Source of the DNA: Pseudomonadota bacterium
GTDB lineage: Bacteria > Pseudomonadota > Alphaproteobacteria > Micropepsales > Micropepsaceae
DNA: 32,000 bases
Reading direction: 5' to 3'
Assembly (NCBI GenBank): GCA_018242105.1
Contig: JAFECP010000013.1
Coordinates: 40,650-72,649 of the forward strand
Numbering within the stretch: position 1 is the stretch's first letter; every line of letters starts with the position of its first letter. Made by a program: the position numbers and the translations under genes. A model generated the notes under the pieces. It searched no databases, was not told the origin of the DNA, and saw only the letters and a program-made list of their open reading frames with translations. Of the stretch, positions 18,133 to 26,064 are shown piece after piece.

Positions 18133-18236
18133 AACGCATCGGCAAAACCGCAATGCCAGACGGCTTGCCGACATGTCTGGAATGTCTGATGGAGTGCCAA
18201 GTACGGTTCCGCAGTGCTTGGGAATCGGCTGTGGCG

Positions 18237-18950
18237 ATGTTAGTTTCTGCCTGCCTTCACAAGGATGAATCTGGTTTGACGAACGCGACGGCGAGCATCA
18301 GAGAAAAACCGAATCACATCCTCGCGCTTCTCACTGACCTTGCGGACGATGAAAACTTGGCAAGGTTCACCAGCATATTCGGCTCTCGGTTCCGCATCTA
18401 TCGTTCACGCGATGAACTGGAACGGCCTGGGGCGGAGTCCACGCTGCTGTCTTTCTCGACATCGGTGATTGTCCCACAGGATATCTTCGAGCGATTTCCC
18501 GGCGGCGCTTACAACCTGCATGCCGCATCGCCGCGCTATCCCGGACGCGATCCCCATCACTGGGCGATCTATGACGGTGCCACGGAATACGGCGCGACGC
18601 TGCATGTGATGGGCAAGCGCGTCGATGATGGGCCGATTATCGATGTCGAGCTTTTCGCTGTCGCACCGGATGAGAAACCGATGACGCTTCTCGAACGTGC
18701 CAACGTGGCTGCGTTTGAGGTGCTCGCGCGGAACGCCCCGCGACTGATGAGCGCAAAGCCCCTCACGTCGAACAGTAAACTTGTCTGGAGTGGGAAGAAA
18801 CATTCGCGAAAAGACTTTTTGGATATGTGCCGCCTCGACGCGAGCCTTTCGCGTGAGGAATTCGAGCGGCGCGTGCGGGCATTCGATGTGCCGCACCACG
18901 ACAATCTCTCGATCACATTGCACGGTCGCAACTTTCGCCTCGAAAAATGA
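18237..18950 (+). CDS. Formyltransferase-like protein (Formyl_trans_N-type core), lower GC than its surroundings
   Basis: This is the last ~237 codons of track ORF 17016..18950. The core NLHAASPRYPGRDPHHWAIYDGATEYGATLHVMGKRVDDGPIIDV matches the N-x-H...LP..RG...I..G....G.T.H.M....D.G.I pattern of Fmt/PurN-type enzymes. The start is uncertain: ATG 18237, ATG 18189, or TTG 18276 after AAGGA. By my hand counts the GC is in the mid-50s percent. Confidence 0.68.
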   Translation: MLVSACLHKDESGLTNATASIREKPNHILALLTDLADDENLARFTSIFGSRFRIYRSRDELERPGAESTLLSFSTSVIVPQDIFERFPGGAYNLHAASPRYPGRDPHHWAIYDGATEYGATLHVMGKRVDDGPIIDVELFAVAPDEKPMTLLERANVAAFEVLARNAPRLMSAKPLTSNSKLVWSGKKHSRKDFLDMCRLDASLSREEFERRVRAFDVPHHDNLSITLHGRNFRLEK

Positions 18951-18957
18951 GCTACGC

Positions 18958-20499
18958 TCAGAGCCTTGCATCCAGAGCCAGATAGGCCGATTCACCGAGA
19001 TAGAGATTTCCCATGTCACCCACCGTTCCATTGAAACTTGTGCCAGCTTGCAGCCGCAAGACGATAGCGCTGCCAGTGTCGGCACCAGCCGTGGTCACAG
19101 TCAGCGCACCACTGATGGTCAGAAATCCGCTGCCAGCATTGTCGTAGAAGTTGAGTTGATTGCCGCTGGGTGAGCCACCGGCCCAGCTAGGGTTGCTATG
19201 CCGCAATACTGGAATACCCCGCATTTCCACCGGAAACTGGAACGGGCCATCGATGGTGAACGAAGCGGACTTCTGCATCAGGAAGCTTGCGGCCGCGAGG
19301 CTGCCGTTGGCGCGGCAGATGTCCTGATAGAAGCGCTTCGCGAGAAGAACTTCCCTCGGCCGGGGCCGCACGATGAACGGGGAATGCGCGGCATCGGGCA
19401 CATCGGCGAAGCTTGCCCCGGCAACAAGCGGCAGCACGCCAAGGCCCGTGATCTGAAAAACATCCGATGTCGCCGCCACCGCGTTCGCCGTTCCCGTGGC
19501 GCCACTGCAATCGCCCGCCGCCCACGCATCCGGCGTGCCGAGGCGCGAGGCGCCACCGGCGACGCAGATCGTGGCATAGAGACCGACGCTGGTGTCGATC
19601 GCCCAGGTTCCTGCCGTGTCGCCGGTGTTGACCAGAACGGATTTCATTTCCCATGTGTCAGCGGCATTGATGCTGAAGCCGAACGGATAGGAGCGCGTCT
19701 TGCCGGCATTTCGCAGCGATCCCGAAAACGCGCCAGTGCGATGCGACTTCACCCAGAAGAAGATTGCGCAGGCATTGGCCTGCGCCGTTCCGAATGCGAG
19801 CCGCGCGGCGTTCAGCCCTTCCACCGGAATGACGAGAGACAACTCGTCATTCACGCCGAGCGCAGATTGCGCCGTGGTGACCGCCAGTTTGAGCGAATTG
19901 CGAAAACCGGGCGGGCAATCCGCGACCTGCTGCGCGGATGCCGTGAAGCTTCCGCGGAAGGCCGCCATCACGCCATCGACAAGATATTTGGTCTGCAAGG
20001 TTCCGGTGGCTGAGAGCGCGACGCTGTTCACACCGTTCTCCTGGCTCACCTCCATGCCGCCGTTGATGTTGAGCAGCAGATCCGCCATCGCCTCGATAGG
20101 CGCGGCGCGGATGGCGGCGCGCGTCTGGTCCGGCACAAGGAGCGCGGGCGCGAGCGTGGCCGAATAGTCCAGCCAGTTGCCATCGTCATAAACGACGATC
20201 GCAGCCTCGTCGCTGACATAGGCGACGAGTCCCGCAAAGGGCGTGTAGAAGCGCCAGCCGCCATCGGCGCAATAGGCGATCTTGCCGTCCTGCCCCGCCC
20301 ATGCGCCGGTGCCGATGGCTTTGATCAGATAAGTGTCGCCGTCGGCAGGCGATGACGGCGGCGCGGAAAGATCGCGGTCCAGAAAGCGGGCGCAGAGCAG
20401 CGCATCGAATTGATAGAGCGCTTCATTGTGGGTGACGTGCTTTTGCGCCTGTGCGGCCGCGAGCAGCGGCGCACCGGCGCGCGGTGTGGTGTCTGTCAT
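18958..20499 (-). CDS. DUF2793-domain protein, putative GTA tail fibre or receptor-binding protein (513 aa)
   Basis: The N-terminus AQAQKHVTHNEALYQFDALLCARFLDRDLSAPPSSPADGDTYLIKAIGTGAWAGQDGKIAYCADGGWRFYTPFAGLVAYVSDE matches my memory of the DUF2793 signature. The remaining ~400 aa are Gly/Ala/Thr/Ser-rich and look beta-rich. It lies directly downstream of g15. Confidence 0.8.
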   Translation of the reverse strand: MTDTTPRAGAPLLAAAQAQKHVTHNEALYQFDALLCARFLDRDLSAPPSSPADGDTYLIKAIGTGAWAGQDGKIAYCADGGWRFYTPFAGLVAYVSDEAAIVVYDDGNWLDYSATLAPALLVPDQTRAAIRAAPIEAMADLLLNINGGMEVSQENGVNSVALSATGTLQTKYLVDGVMAAFRGSFTASAQQVADCPPGFRNSLKLAVTTAQSALGVNDELSLVIPVEGLNAARLAFGTAQANACAIFFWVKSHRTGAFSGSLRNAGKTRSYPFGFSINAADTWEMKSVLVNTGDTAGTWAIDTSVGLYATICVAGGASRLGTPDAWAAGDCSGATGTANAVAATSDVFQITGLGVLPLVAGASFADVPDAAHSPFIVRPRPREVLLAKRFYQDICRANGSLAAASFLMQKSASFTIDGPFQFPVEMRGIPVLRHSNPSWAGGSPSGNQLNFYDNAGSGFLTISGALTVTTAGADTGSAIVLRLQAGTSFNGTVGDMGNLYLGESAYLALDARL

Positions 20500-20516
20500 A
20501 TTTGTTTTTCCTGTTG

Positions 20517-20635
20517 TTTCCTCCCCCGTTTACGGGGGAGGTGCTGAGCGAGTGCGAAGCGGAGGGGGCCGCCTCACGAATTCCCCCTCCGGCTCACTGC
20601 GTTCGCCTCCTCCCCCGTAAACGGGGGAGGAAAAA
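20517..20635. repeat. Nested-palindrome repeat, copy A (intergenic, between the g15 stop and the DUF2793 gene start)
   Basis: TTTCCTCCCCCG-TTTA-CGGGGGAGG + TGCTGAGCGAGTGCGAAGCGGAGGGGG + loop + CCCCCTCCGGCTCACTGCGTTCGC + CTCCTCCCCCG-TAAA-CGGGGGAGGAAAAA. The terminal hairpin modules are inverted copies of each other. Confidence 0.88.
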
Positions 20636-23600
20636 TCATGCGAAGAAAATCTCCGCCGTCTTGCCCGCGCCGCGCCCCACAACGCTGGAGAGCTGATAGA
20701 CGGTGAAGCGGAACGGCGAGGGCAAGCCGGACGGAAAATCGGCCGCGATCTGCGCGGCGGAATATGCAAGCGGCGCGGCGGCGTTGTTCAACGCGCGCTT
20801 CACCGCGCCCGCGCCGTCGAGGATCTCAACATCGTAGGCTTCGGCGGTTTCGCTCATGGGAATTTCGGTTTGATCCCAGCCGTCGCTGCCGGGCGAGCGG
20901 TCGCGGCGAATCCAGGAGAGGCGAAGATCGCCGCTGTCTGCATAGACCGCGCCCAACTGGCATGGCGCGAGAGGACGCATGCCGATGCCTTCGAATTGCA
21001 GTTCTGCGCCCCTATAGGCGGAATCGGAGATGGGCTTGCCTTTGGGACCCCACAGATATTGGAACGGCAGCGCATATTGATCCTGTGCCAGCGAAAGCTG
21101 CTGCAGCGCATTGTTGAGAACGACCGCCCGCGCGCCGGCAAGAACCGGATCGCGCATCGCGCCTTCGGTGCCCGCCTGCCCGCGCAGCAACCGCGACAGC
21201 ATCCATGTGCCCGGCGCGGTGAGCGTTGCTGCGGCGAATTGCAGGATTTCCCAGCCGCCGTCTTCATTCTCAATGGCGAGCGCATTGCCGCCCGCGAAAA
21301 CGGAAAGATCGTCCTGCGATGCCAGCGTGCCGTTATAGAGTTTGATACCGACACTGTTCACATCGTCCCAGCGCCAGGCGGGGCCGGAGAACAGATCGGT
21401 GGTGGTCTCGCCGATATCGGCGGCCAATGTGAGCGCGGTGTCGAGCTGGAAATTGGAATCCGTCGCGCTGCGCAGGATGAAGACCGAGCCGGGCCACGGA
21501 TCGGCATAAGCCGCGGCCAGCGGCGCCCACGCATTCCGATCGCCGCCCAGCAAAGGCAGATCGAGAAACACCGTCAGCGCACGGCCCGGCGCGGCGGGCT
21601 TCGCCGCCGCCAGAACGCGCGCCGCACCGGCGAATATCTCATAGATCGACGGATCGGTGGCGATGGCCTGAATGCCGCGCGCGCCGGCATCGCCGATCTC
21701 GTTGAGGCGCAGGCGGTGTGTGCGTCCGCCCGCGCTCAATTCCACTTCATCCGCCGGATCGAGCGACAGCCAGGATGGCGCGAGCGCGAATTGCGCCGTC
21801 TCCCGCTGCACCCACGCATCCTGCAACAGACGCGCGCCGATCCCGGAGGCCTGCGCCTGGTCCATCACGATGGGCAAGGTGGATTGCGCAACGCGGTCCG
21901 ACGCCGCCACCAGCCGCCGCGCTTCGGTGACGGATTGGCGGTAGTCGCCCGCATCGATGTAAACGACGCGCGAAGCCAGCGGCAGATCGGTTTCCTGCGC
22001 TCTGGTGAGCGAGAAGCCGAAGCTTGCATCGCCATCAGGCATGACGAGATCGCTTTCTTCCAGCGCCGTGGCGGCGGGCTGGCCGCGCATGCGGAACTTC
22101 ACCACGCCTTCGCTCTCCACCGCGTCGAAATGATAGGCGACCGACAGCGGCGTGATCGCATCGCGCGGGCTCATCGTGCCGGTGACGGCGAAACCGGTGA
22201 CGATGCCGGTGAGGCCGGAAACATCGTAAGCGGTGAAATTCGCGTCTTCACACAGCGCCGCAACGAGATCGGCGAGTTGCACCGCGCCAAGGCGCCCGTT
22301 CAGCCAATGGCCCAGCGTATAGTTGCCCGCATCACCCCACACATTCGACAGCGCCGGAAACGCCGGATAGGGCCGCGCGTCCCAGCACCATAGCCGCGTG
22401 TTCGCGATATCGACCATGCGGCCGGAATAAACGGACGACACCGGATTGTTGGCGTTGTTTGTCCAAAAATTCAGATGCGCTTCGAGGAAACGCCGCTGGA
22501 TGAGATCGTCCCGCGTGCCGTTCGAGTAATAGGGCAGGAAGCTTTCGCTGGATTTGGGATCGACGAAGACATTGGGCTGGTTGGAGCCCTTGTCCACCGC
22601 GGGGCATCCCAGCTCGGTGAAGACGATGGGCTTGCTCTGCGGCGCCCAATCCGTGGCGCTCGCGCTTTCGCTGCCGCCGGCGCGGTCATAATGGGTGCTG
22701 CTCCACCAGTTCCAGAAATCCTTCGCGCGCCAAACCCAAGGCTTGCCGAGCGCATCGGTGACCGGCGCGCGGGTTTGCGCGGCGCGGTCCGCATCGCTGG
22801 CATAATACCAGTCATAGCCCTCGCCGCCCCGGATGTTGCGCGTGAGATAAGCCGCATCGTGGATGCCGGTTGGGCCGTTGGCCGCGTCGTAATCCAAATG
22901 TGCCGTGCCATCGCGCCAATCGGAGAGCGGCATGTAATTGTCGATGCCGATGAAATCGATATTGGCGTCGCTCCACAGCGGATCGAGGTTGAACAGCACT
23001 GCGCCGGGCGCATCGCCCGTCTGGTGGTTGTTGTATTCGCTCCAGTCGGCGGCGTATCCGATCTTCGTGCTGCTGCCCAGAATCGCGCGCACATCGGCGG
23101 CGAGCGCCTTCAATGCCGCGACCGCCGGATAGGACGTTGCGCCGTCCCGCACCCGAGTGAGCCCGCGCAGTTCGGAACCGATCAGGAAAGAGTCCACGCC
23201 GCCCGCCGCCGCGCAGAGATGCGCATAATGCAGCACCATGCGCCGGTAGCCCCAATCGCTGCCGCCGGTCCATGAAACAACGGCGCCGTTGACAATGAAA
23301 TCGGATATCCGCGCGCCGCCGAAGAAGGCGCTCACCTGCGCTGCCGCCGCGCTTGTTTTGTCGGGCGAGCCGGAAACGCCCGGCGCGGGATCGCAGGTGA
23401 TGCGGCCGCGCCAGGGATAAGCGGGCTGGCCGTTCGCGCCGGTATAGGGATCGGTGAGCGCGTTGCCTTGCGGAACATCCATGAACAGGAATGGGCAGAA
23501 CATCACCTTCCACCCGCGCGCTTTCAGATCCGCGATCGCCTGCACGACGCTTTCGTCCGACGGTGTGCCGCCATAGGCGGGGCGGCCATCCACCGTGCTC

Positions 23601-24595
23601 ACGACATGCGCAGCATCGCGCGCGATGCCGTTGACGCTCCATATCTCGGGATAGGTTTGCTTGGTGGCGTTCTCCACGCCGGGCTTCACCGTGCAATCGC
23701 CGCAACGCAGATCGCCGCCGAACCAGCCGGCGACCAGCGATACCGCGCCGATGTTCGGTGCAAGCGCCTGTAACCGATCGAGTGAGGCGGCGATGTCGGC
23801 CACGCCCGCGGCGCTATGCGCGTTTTGCGGCGCGGTGGCGCCCGCGCCGTCGTCTGCAGTCACCACATCGGTGGCATAAACGAACTCGCCCGCGCCGGGG
23901 ATGAGCGCCACGCCGGGCAGAACATTCTCCAGCGCGCCGGGATCGGTATCGGAGATCGGGCGGACGATCTCGAACTGAAGCTGAGGTATGCGGTTGCCGA
24001 AAGCGGCAAGCGGCATGTCCTCGAACACGATATAAGAGAGGCCGCGATAGGCGGGCGTGTTGCCCTCCCCTTCGATTTCCTGGATCAGCGGGTCCTGCGG
24101 TTGTGTTTCATCGCCGGGATAGAAGCGCGTCGTGAAAGGCGACAGGTCCAGAAGATTGCCGTTGGCCCACGCACGGCCGATGGCGGCAACCCTGCCCGCG
24201 CACAAGCCAACCGCGAAAGAGATGGAATAGGCGTAATCGGTTTCGGTGACCGAACTGCCGCCGCCCTTGCCGCCCACGCTGGTTTTGGCGGTGCTGGATG
24301 TTTCCTTGAAGTTCGTCGCCCAGATGAGCTGCCCCGCCACGCGCATGCGCCCGAACACGCGCGGGATGGGCGCGCCTTCGGTGGAGGACTGGATGTTGAT
24401 GCCGCTGAGCCGCGGGCCTTGCCGCTGCATATTGGCGCCGGGCGCCAGCGTCGCATCGATCTCGCTGCCCGCGAACGCACCGATCGCGCCGCCGATGGCC
24501 GCGCCGGAGAGCGTGGCGCCGAAGATCGAGATGCCGCTGCCCAGCAGCGCATTGCCCACCGCCTCACCGGCGATGCCCAGAACAAGAGAGGCCAT
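20636..24595 (-). CDS. g15: GTA g15 homologue: large baseplate / host-specificity protein with a glycoside-hydrolase-like TIM-barrel (GTA_TIM) region and a phage-tail C-terminal part (1319 aa)
   Basis: Track ORF 20636..24664 was trimmed to ATG 24595. The N-terminus is MASLVLGIAGEAVGNALLGSGISIFGATLSGAAIGGAIGAFAGSEIDATLAPG...GPRLSGINIQSSTEGAPIPRVFGRMRVAGQLIWATNFKE. Mid-region: GVDSFLIGSELRGLTRVRD...IGYAADWSEYNNH...IDFIGIDNYMPLSDWRDG. Confidence 0.92.
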   Translation of the reverse strand: MASLVLGIAGEAVGNALLGSGISIFGATLSGAAIGGAIGAFAGSEIDATLAPGANMQRQGPRLSGINIQSSTEGAPIPRVFGRMRVAGQLIWATNFKETSSTAKTSVGGKGGGSSVTETDYAYSISFAVGLCAGRVAAIGRAWANGNLLDLSPFTTRFYPGDETQPQDPLIQEIEGEGNTPAYRGLSYIVFEDMPLAAFGNRIPQLQFEIVRPISDTDPGALENVLPGVALIPGAGEFVYATDVVTADDGAGATAPQNAHSAAGVADIAASLDRLQALAPNIGAVSLVAGWFGGDLRCGDCTVKPGVENATKQTYPEIWSVNGIARDAAHVVSTVDGRPAYGGTPSDESVVQAIADLKARGWKVMFCPFLFMDVPQGNALTDPYTGANGQPAYPWRGRITCDPAPGVSGSPDKTSAAAAQVSAFFGGARISDFIVNGAVVSWTGGSDWGYRRMVLHYAHLCAAAGGVDSFLIGSELRGLTRVRDGATSYPAVAALKALAADVRAILGSSTKIGYAADWSEYNNHQTGDAPGAVLFNLDPLWSDANIDFIGIDNYMPLSDWRDGTAHLDYDAANGPTGIHDAAYLTRNIRGGEGYDWYYASDADRAAQTRAPVTDALGKPWVWRAKDFWNWWSSTHYDRAGGSESASATDWAPQSKPIVFTELGCPAVDKGSNQPNVFVDPKSSESFLPYYSNGTRDDLIQRRFLEAHLNFWTNNANNPVSSVYSGRMVDIANTRLWCWDARPYPAFPALSNVWGDAGNYTLGHWLNGRLGAVQLADLVAALCEDANFTAYDVSGLTGIVTGFAVTGTMSPRDAITPLSVAYHFDAVESEGVVKFRMRGQPAATALEESDLVMPDGDASFGFSLTRAQETDLPLASRVVYIDAGDYRQSVTEARRLVAASDRVAQSTLPIVMDQAQASGIGARLLQDAWVQRETAQFALAPSWLSLDPADEVELSAGGRTHRLRLNEIGDAGARGIQAIATDPSIYEIFAGAARVLAAAKPAAPGRALTVFLDLPLLGGDRNAWAPLAAAYADPWPGSVFILRSATDSNFQLDTALTLAADIGETTTDLFSGPAWRWDDVNSVGIKLYNGTLASQDDLSVFAGGNALAIENEDGGWEILQFAAATLTAPGTWMLSRLLRGQAGTEGAMRDPVLAGARAVVLNNALQQLSLAQDQYALPFQYLWGPKGKPISDSAYRGAELQFEGIGMRPLAPCQLGAVYADSGDLRLSWIRRDRSPGSDGWDQTEIPMSETAEAYDVEILDGAGAVKRALNNAAAPLAYSAAQIAADFPSGLPSPFRFTVYQLSSVVGRGAGKTAEIFFA

Positions 24596-24611
24596 TTTGA
24601 TTTTCTTTCTT

Positions 24612-24647
24612 CCAAACAAAAACGGCGGCCCAATGGACCGCCGTTTT
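24612..24647 (-). terminator. Strong rho-independent (potentially bidirectional) terminator between the TPR lipoprotein gene and g15
   Basis: AAAACGGCGG-CCCAATGGA-CCGCCGTTTT is a perfect 10-bp stem. On the minus strand it is followed by TTTTTGTTTGG. It lies 22 nt after the TPR stop and ends 17 nt before the g15 ATG. Confidence 0.75.
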
Positions 24648-24668
24648 CCAAATGCGTGGTTCAAGTGT

Positions 24669-25337
24669 TCAGGGTGTCACGCCATAGCCGGCATACGTCT
24701 CAGCGACCTTTGGATCGATCGCTTTCGCTGCTGCGATGTCAGCATTGCCGTTTTGCAGGTCTGCCGTCTTCAATCGCGCGAGCCCGCGTACATAAAACGG
24801 CGACGCGGCTTTCGGATAGATGGAAAGAACTGCGGTAGTATCCGCAATCGCGGCAGAATAGTTCTTCATTCTGAATTCGACGAAGGCCCGGCTGTTCAAC
24901 GCGGCCGCGTCGCCGGGGCGCAGCGCAAGCGATTGATTGCAATCCGCCAGCGCCTGATCGAAAGGACCGCCGACCACTGCCCGGTCGAAACAGAGATTTT
25001 CGTAGATGCCCGGTCTGTTGGGATCGTGCCGACCACCCAGCGTCGTCGCTTGTTGGAGATCGGCGATGGCCAGATCGAACTTTCCGAGTTCCTGATAGGC
25101 GATCGCGCGCCCGTAACGCGGCCAGGAATAGCCCTGCCATACCATGGCCTGCGCTGCTGTGGTGCAATCGATCACGCGCTGCTCGGCGGGCTGCCCTTCG
25201 CGGCCCAGGCATCTGCCGGCGATATCCGTGGCGCCGCGCCCGACTTGCGCAAAGCCGGGCACACCGGCAGCGGCGGGCGCGCCACAACATGCAGCAAGAA
25301 CAAGAAGCGTGAGCGCAAATTCAGCGCGGTGTTTCAT
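24669..25337 (-). CDS. TPR-repeat lipoprotein (222 aa), non-canonical insert between GTA g14 and g15
   Basis: Track ORF 24669..25463 was trimmed to ATG 25337, preceded by AAGGGGGA. Lipobox signal MKHRAEFALTLLVLAACCG. TPR-like repeats include YGRAIAYQELGKFDLAIADLQQATTL and FDQALADCNQSLALRPGDAAALNSRAFVEFRMKNYSAAIADTTAVLSIYPK. Confidence 0.8.
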   Translation of the reverse strand: MKHRAEFALTLLVLAACCGAPAAAGVPGFAQVGRGATDIAGRCLGREGQPAEQRVIDCTTAAQAMVWQGYSWPRYGRAIAYQELGKFDLAIADLQQATTLGGRHDPNRPGIYENLCFDRAVVGGPFDQALADCNQSLALRPGDAAALNSRAFVEFRMKNYSAAIADTTAVLSIYPKAASPFYVRGLARLKTADLQNGNADIAAAKAIDPKVAETYAGYGVTP

Positions 25338-25404
25338 ATGTTCCCCCTTCGAAAACCTGCCCGCCCTCAAGAGGGTTCCATAACCATTGGTGGAGGACAA
25401 ATAT

Positions 25405-25938
25405 TTACAGCCGGAATACTGCCACGGTCTTTTGCTTCCAGAACAGCGAAAGCATCTCTTCATTCACGCACTTGTTCTGCCGCGCATGAATGAGCGTGAG
25501 CTTTCCTCCCCCGTTTACGGGGGAGGTGCCGAGCGCAGCGAAGGCGGAGGGGGCCTCCTCCCCCGTAAACGGGGGAGGAAAAGCACCTATGATCCCGCAA
25601 TGCTTGGCGGGACCGTTCGGCAGCATGCGAAAGAGCGCGGTGTCGCCGGGGGCGATGTCGCGCTTGTCGATCTCGCGCAGGTGGCGGGAGAGCGCTGCAT
25701 ATAATGTCTCCTCGCCGGTCGCTTCCGCCCAGTCCGGCGAATAAGGTGGCGCGGTTTCGGGTTCTTCGCCATGCAATTCGCGCCACACGCCGCGCAGCAG
25801 GCCCAGGCAATCGCAGCCCGCGCCTTTCACGCTCGCCTGATGGACATAGGGCGTGCCAATCCAGGAGCGGGCGGCTTCGACAATTTGCGCTTGCGAATTT
25901 TGCACGCGGAGACGCGGAGGCGCGGAGTCGTCCACCAT
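25405..25938 (-). CDS. g14: GTA g14 homologue, NlpC/P60 cell-wall peptidase, carrying a 27-codon in-frame repeat insertion
   Basis: IVEAARSWIGTPYVHQASVKGAGCDCLGLLRGVW (catalytic Cys), AKHCGII (His), LTLIHARQ (third triad residue), with C-terminus WKQKTVAVFRL. The start is uncertain: ATG 25938 (MVDDS), ATG 25950 (MTERM) or GTG 25905. The rest of track ORF 25405..26265 is read-through of repeats. Confidence 0.85.
   Translation of the reverse strand: MVDDSAPPRLRVQNSQAQIVEAARSWIGTPYVHQASVKGAGCDCLGLLRGVWRELHGEEPETAPPYSPDWAEATGEETLYAALSRHLREIDKRDIAPGDTALFRMLPNGPAKHCGIIGAFPPPFTGEEAPSAFAALGTSPVNGGGKLTLIHARQNKCVNEEMLSLFWKQKTVAVFRL
25502..25582. repeat. Nested-palindrome repeat, copy B (short form, 81 nt, intragenic in g14)
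   Basis: TTTCCTCCCCCG-TTTA-CGGGGGAGG + TGCCGAGCGCAGCGAAGGCGGAGGGGG + CCTCCTCCCCCG-TAAA-CGGGGGAGGAAAA. It lacks the second inner arm present in copies A, C and D. Confidence 0.88.
25903..25928. repeat. Left arm of a 26-nt long-range inverted repeat (three CGCGGAG units)
   Basis: CACGCGGAGACGCGGAGGCGCGGAGT pairs with the reverse complement of 26065..26090 at 24 of 26 positions. Confidence 0.6.
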
Positions 25939-25944
25939 TCTCTC

Positions 25945-26044
25945 CGTCATGGCCGCCCGCGTGACGGCCATCCATTTTCCAGAGGCGCGCGAAACCTGCT
26001 CTGCTTCTGGAAAATGGGTCCCCGGCATAAGGCCGGGGATGACG
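25945..26044. repeat. GTCATCCCGG-type palindromic repeat, copy F (degenerate, between g13 and g14)
   Basis: CCGTCATGGCCG...CCATTTTCCAGA-N22-TCTGGAAAATGG...CCCCGGC-ATAAG-GCCGGGGATGACGG. The termini CCGTCAT and ATGACGG are inverted. The right end matches the CCGGGATGAC end of copy E. Confidence 0.6.
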
Positions 26045-26064
26045 GTTGAGGGAGCAGGAAATGA

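Noticed and set aside
18194-18199. TGGCAC on the minus strand upstream of the small membrane protein gene, as a possible sigma-54 promoter
   Set aside because: The required TTGC element at the -12 position is absent (TGGCAC-TCCAT-CAGAC).
17016-18236. N-terminal two-thirds of the 644-aa + ORF 17016..18950
   Set aside because: It runs antisense through the nitroreductase gene, the small membrane protein gene and two terminators. Only the C-terminal formyltransferase-like part is credible.
20870-22393. 507-aa + strand ORF, plus other long + or alternate-frame ORFs inside 20636..24595
   Set aside because: All overlap g15, whose full-length frame carries GTA g15 signatures. These are high-GC frame shadows.
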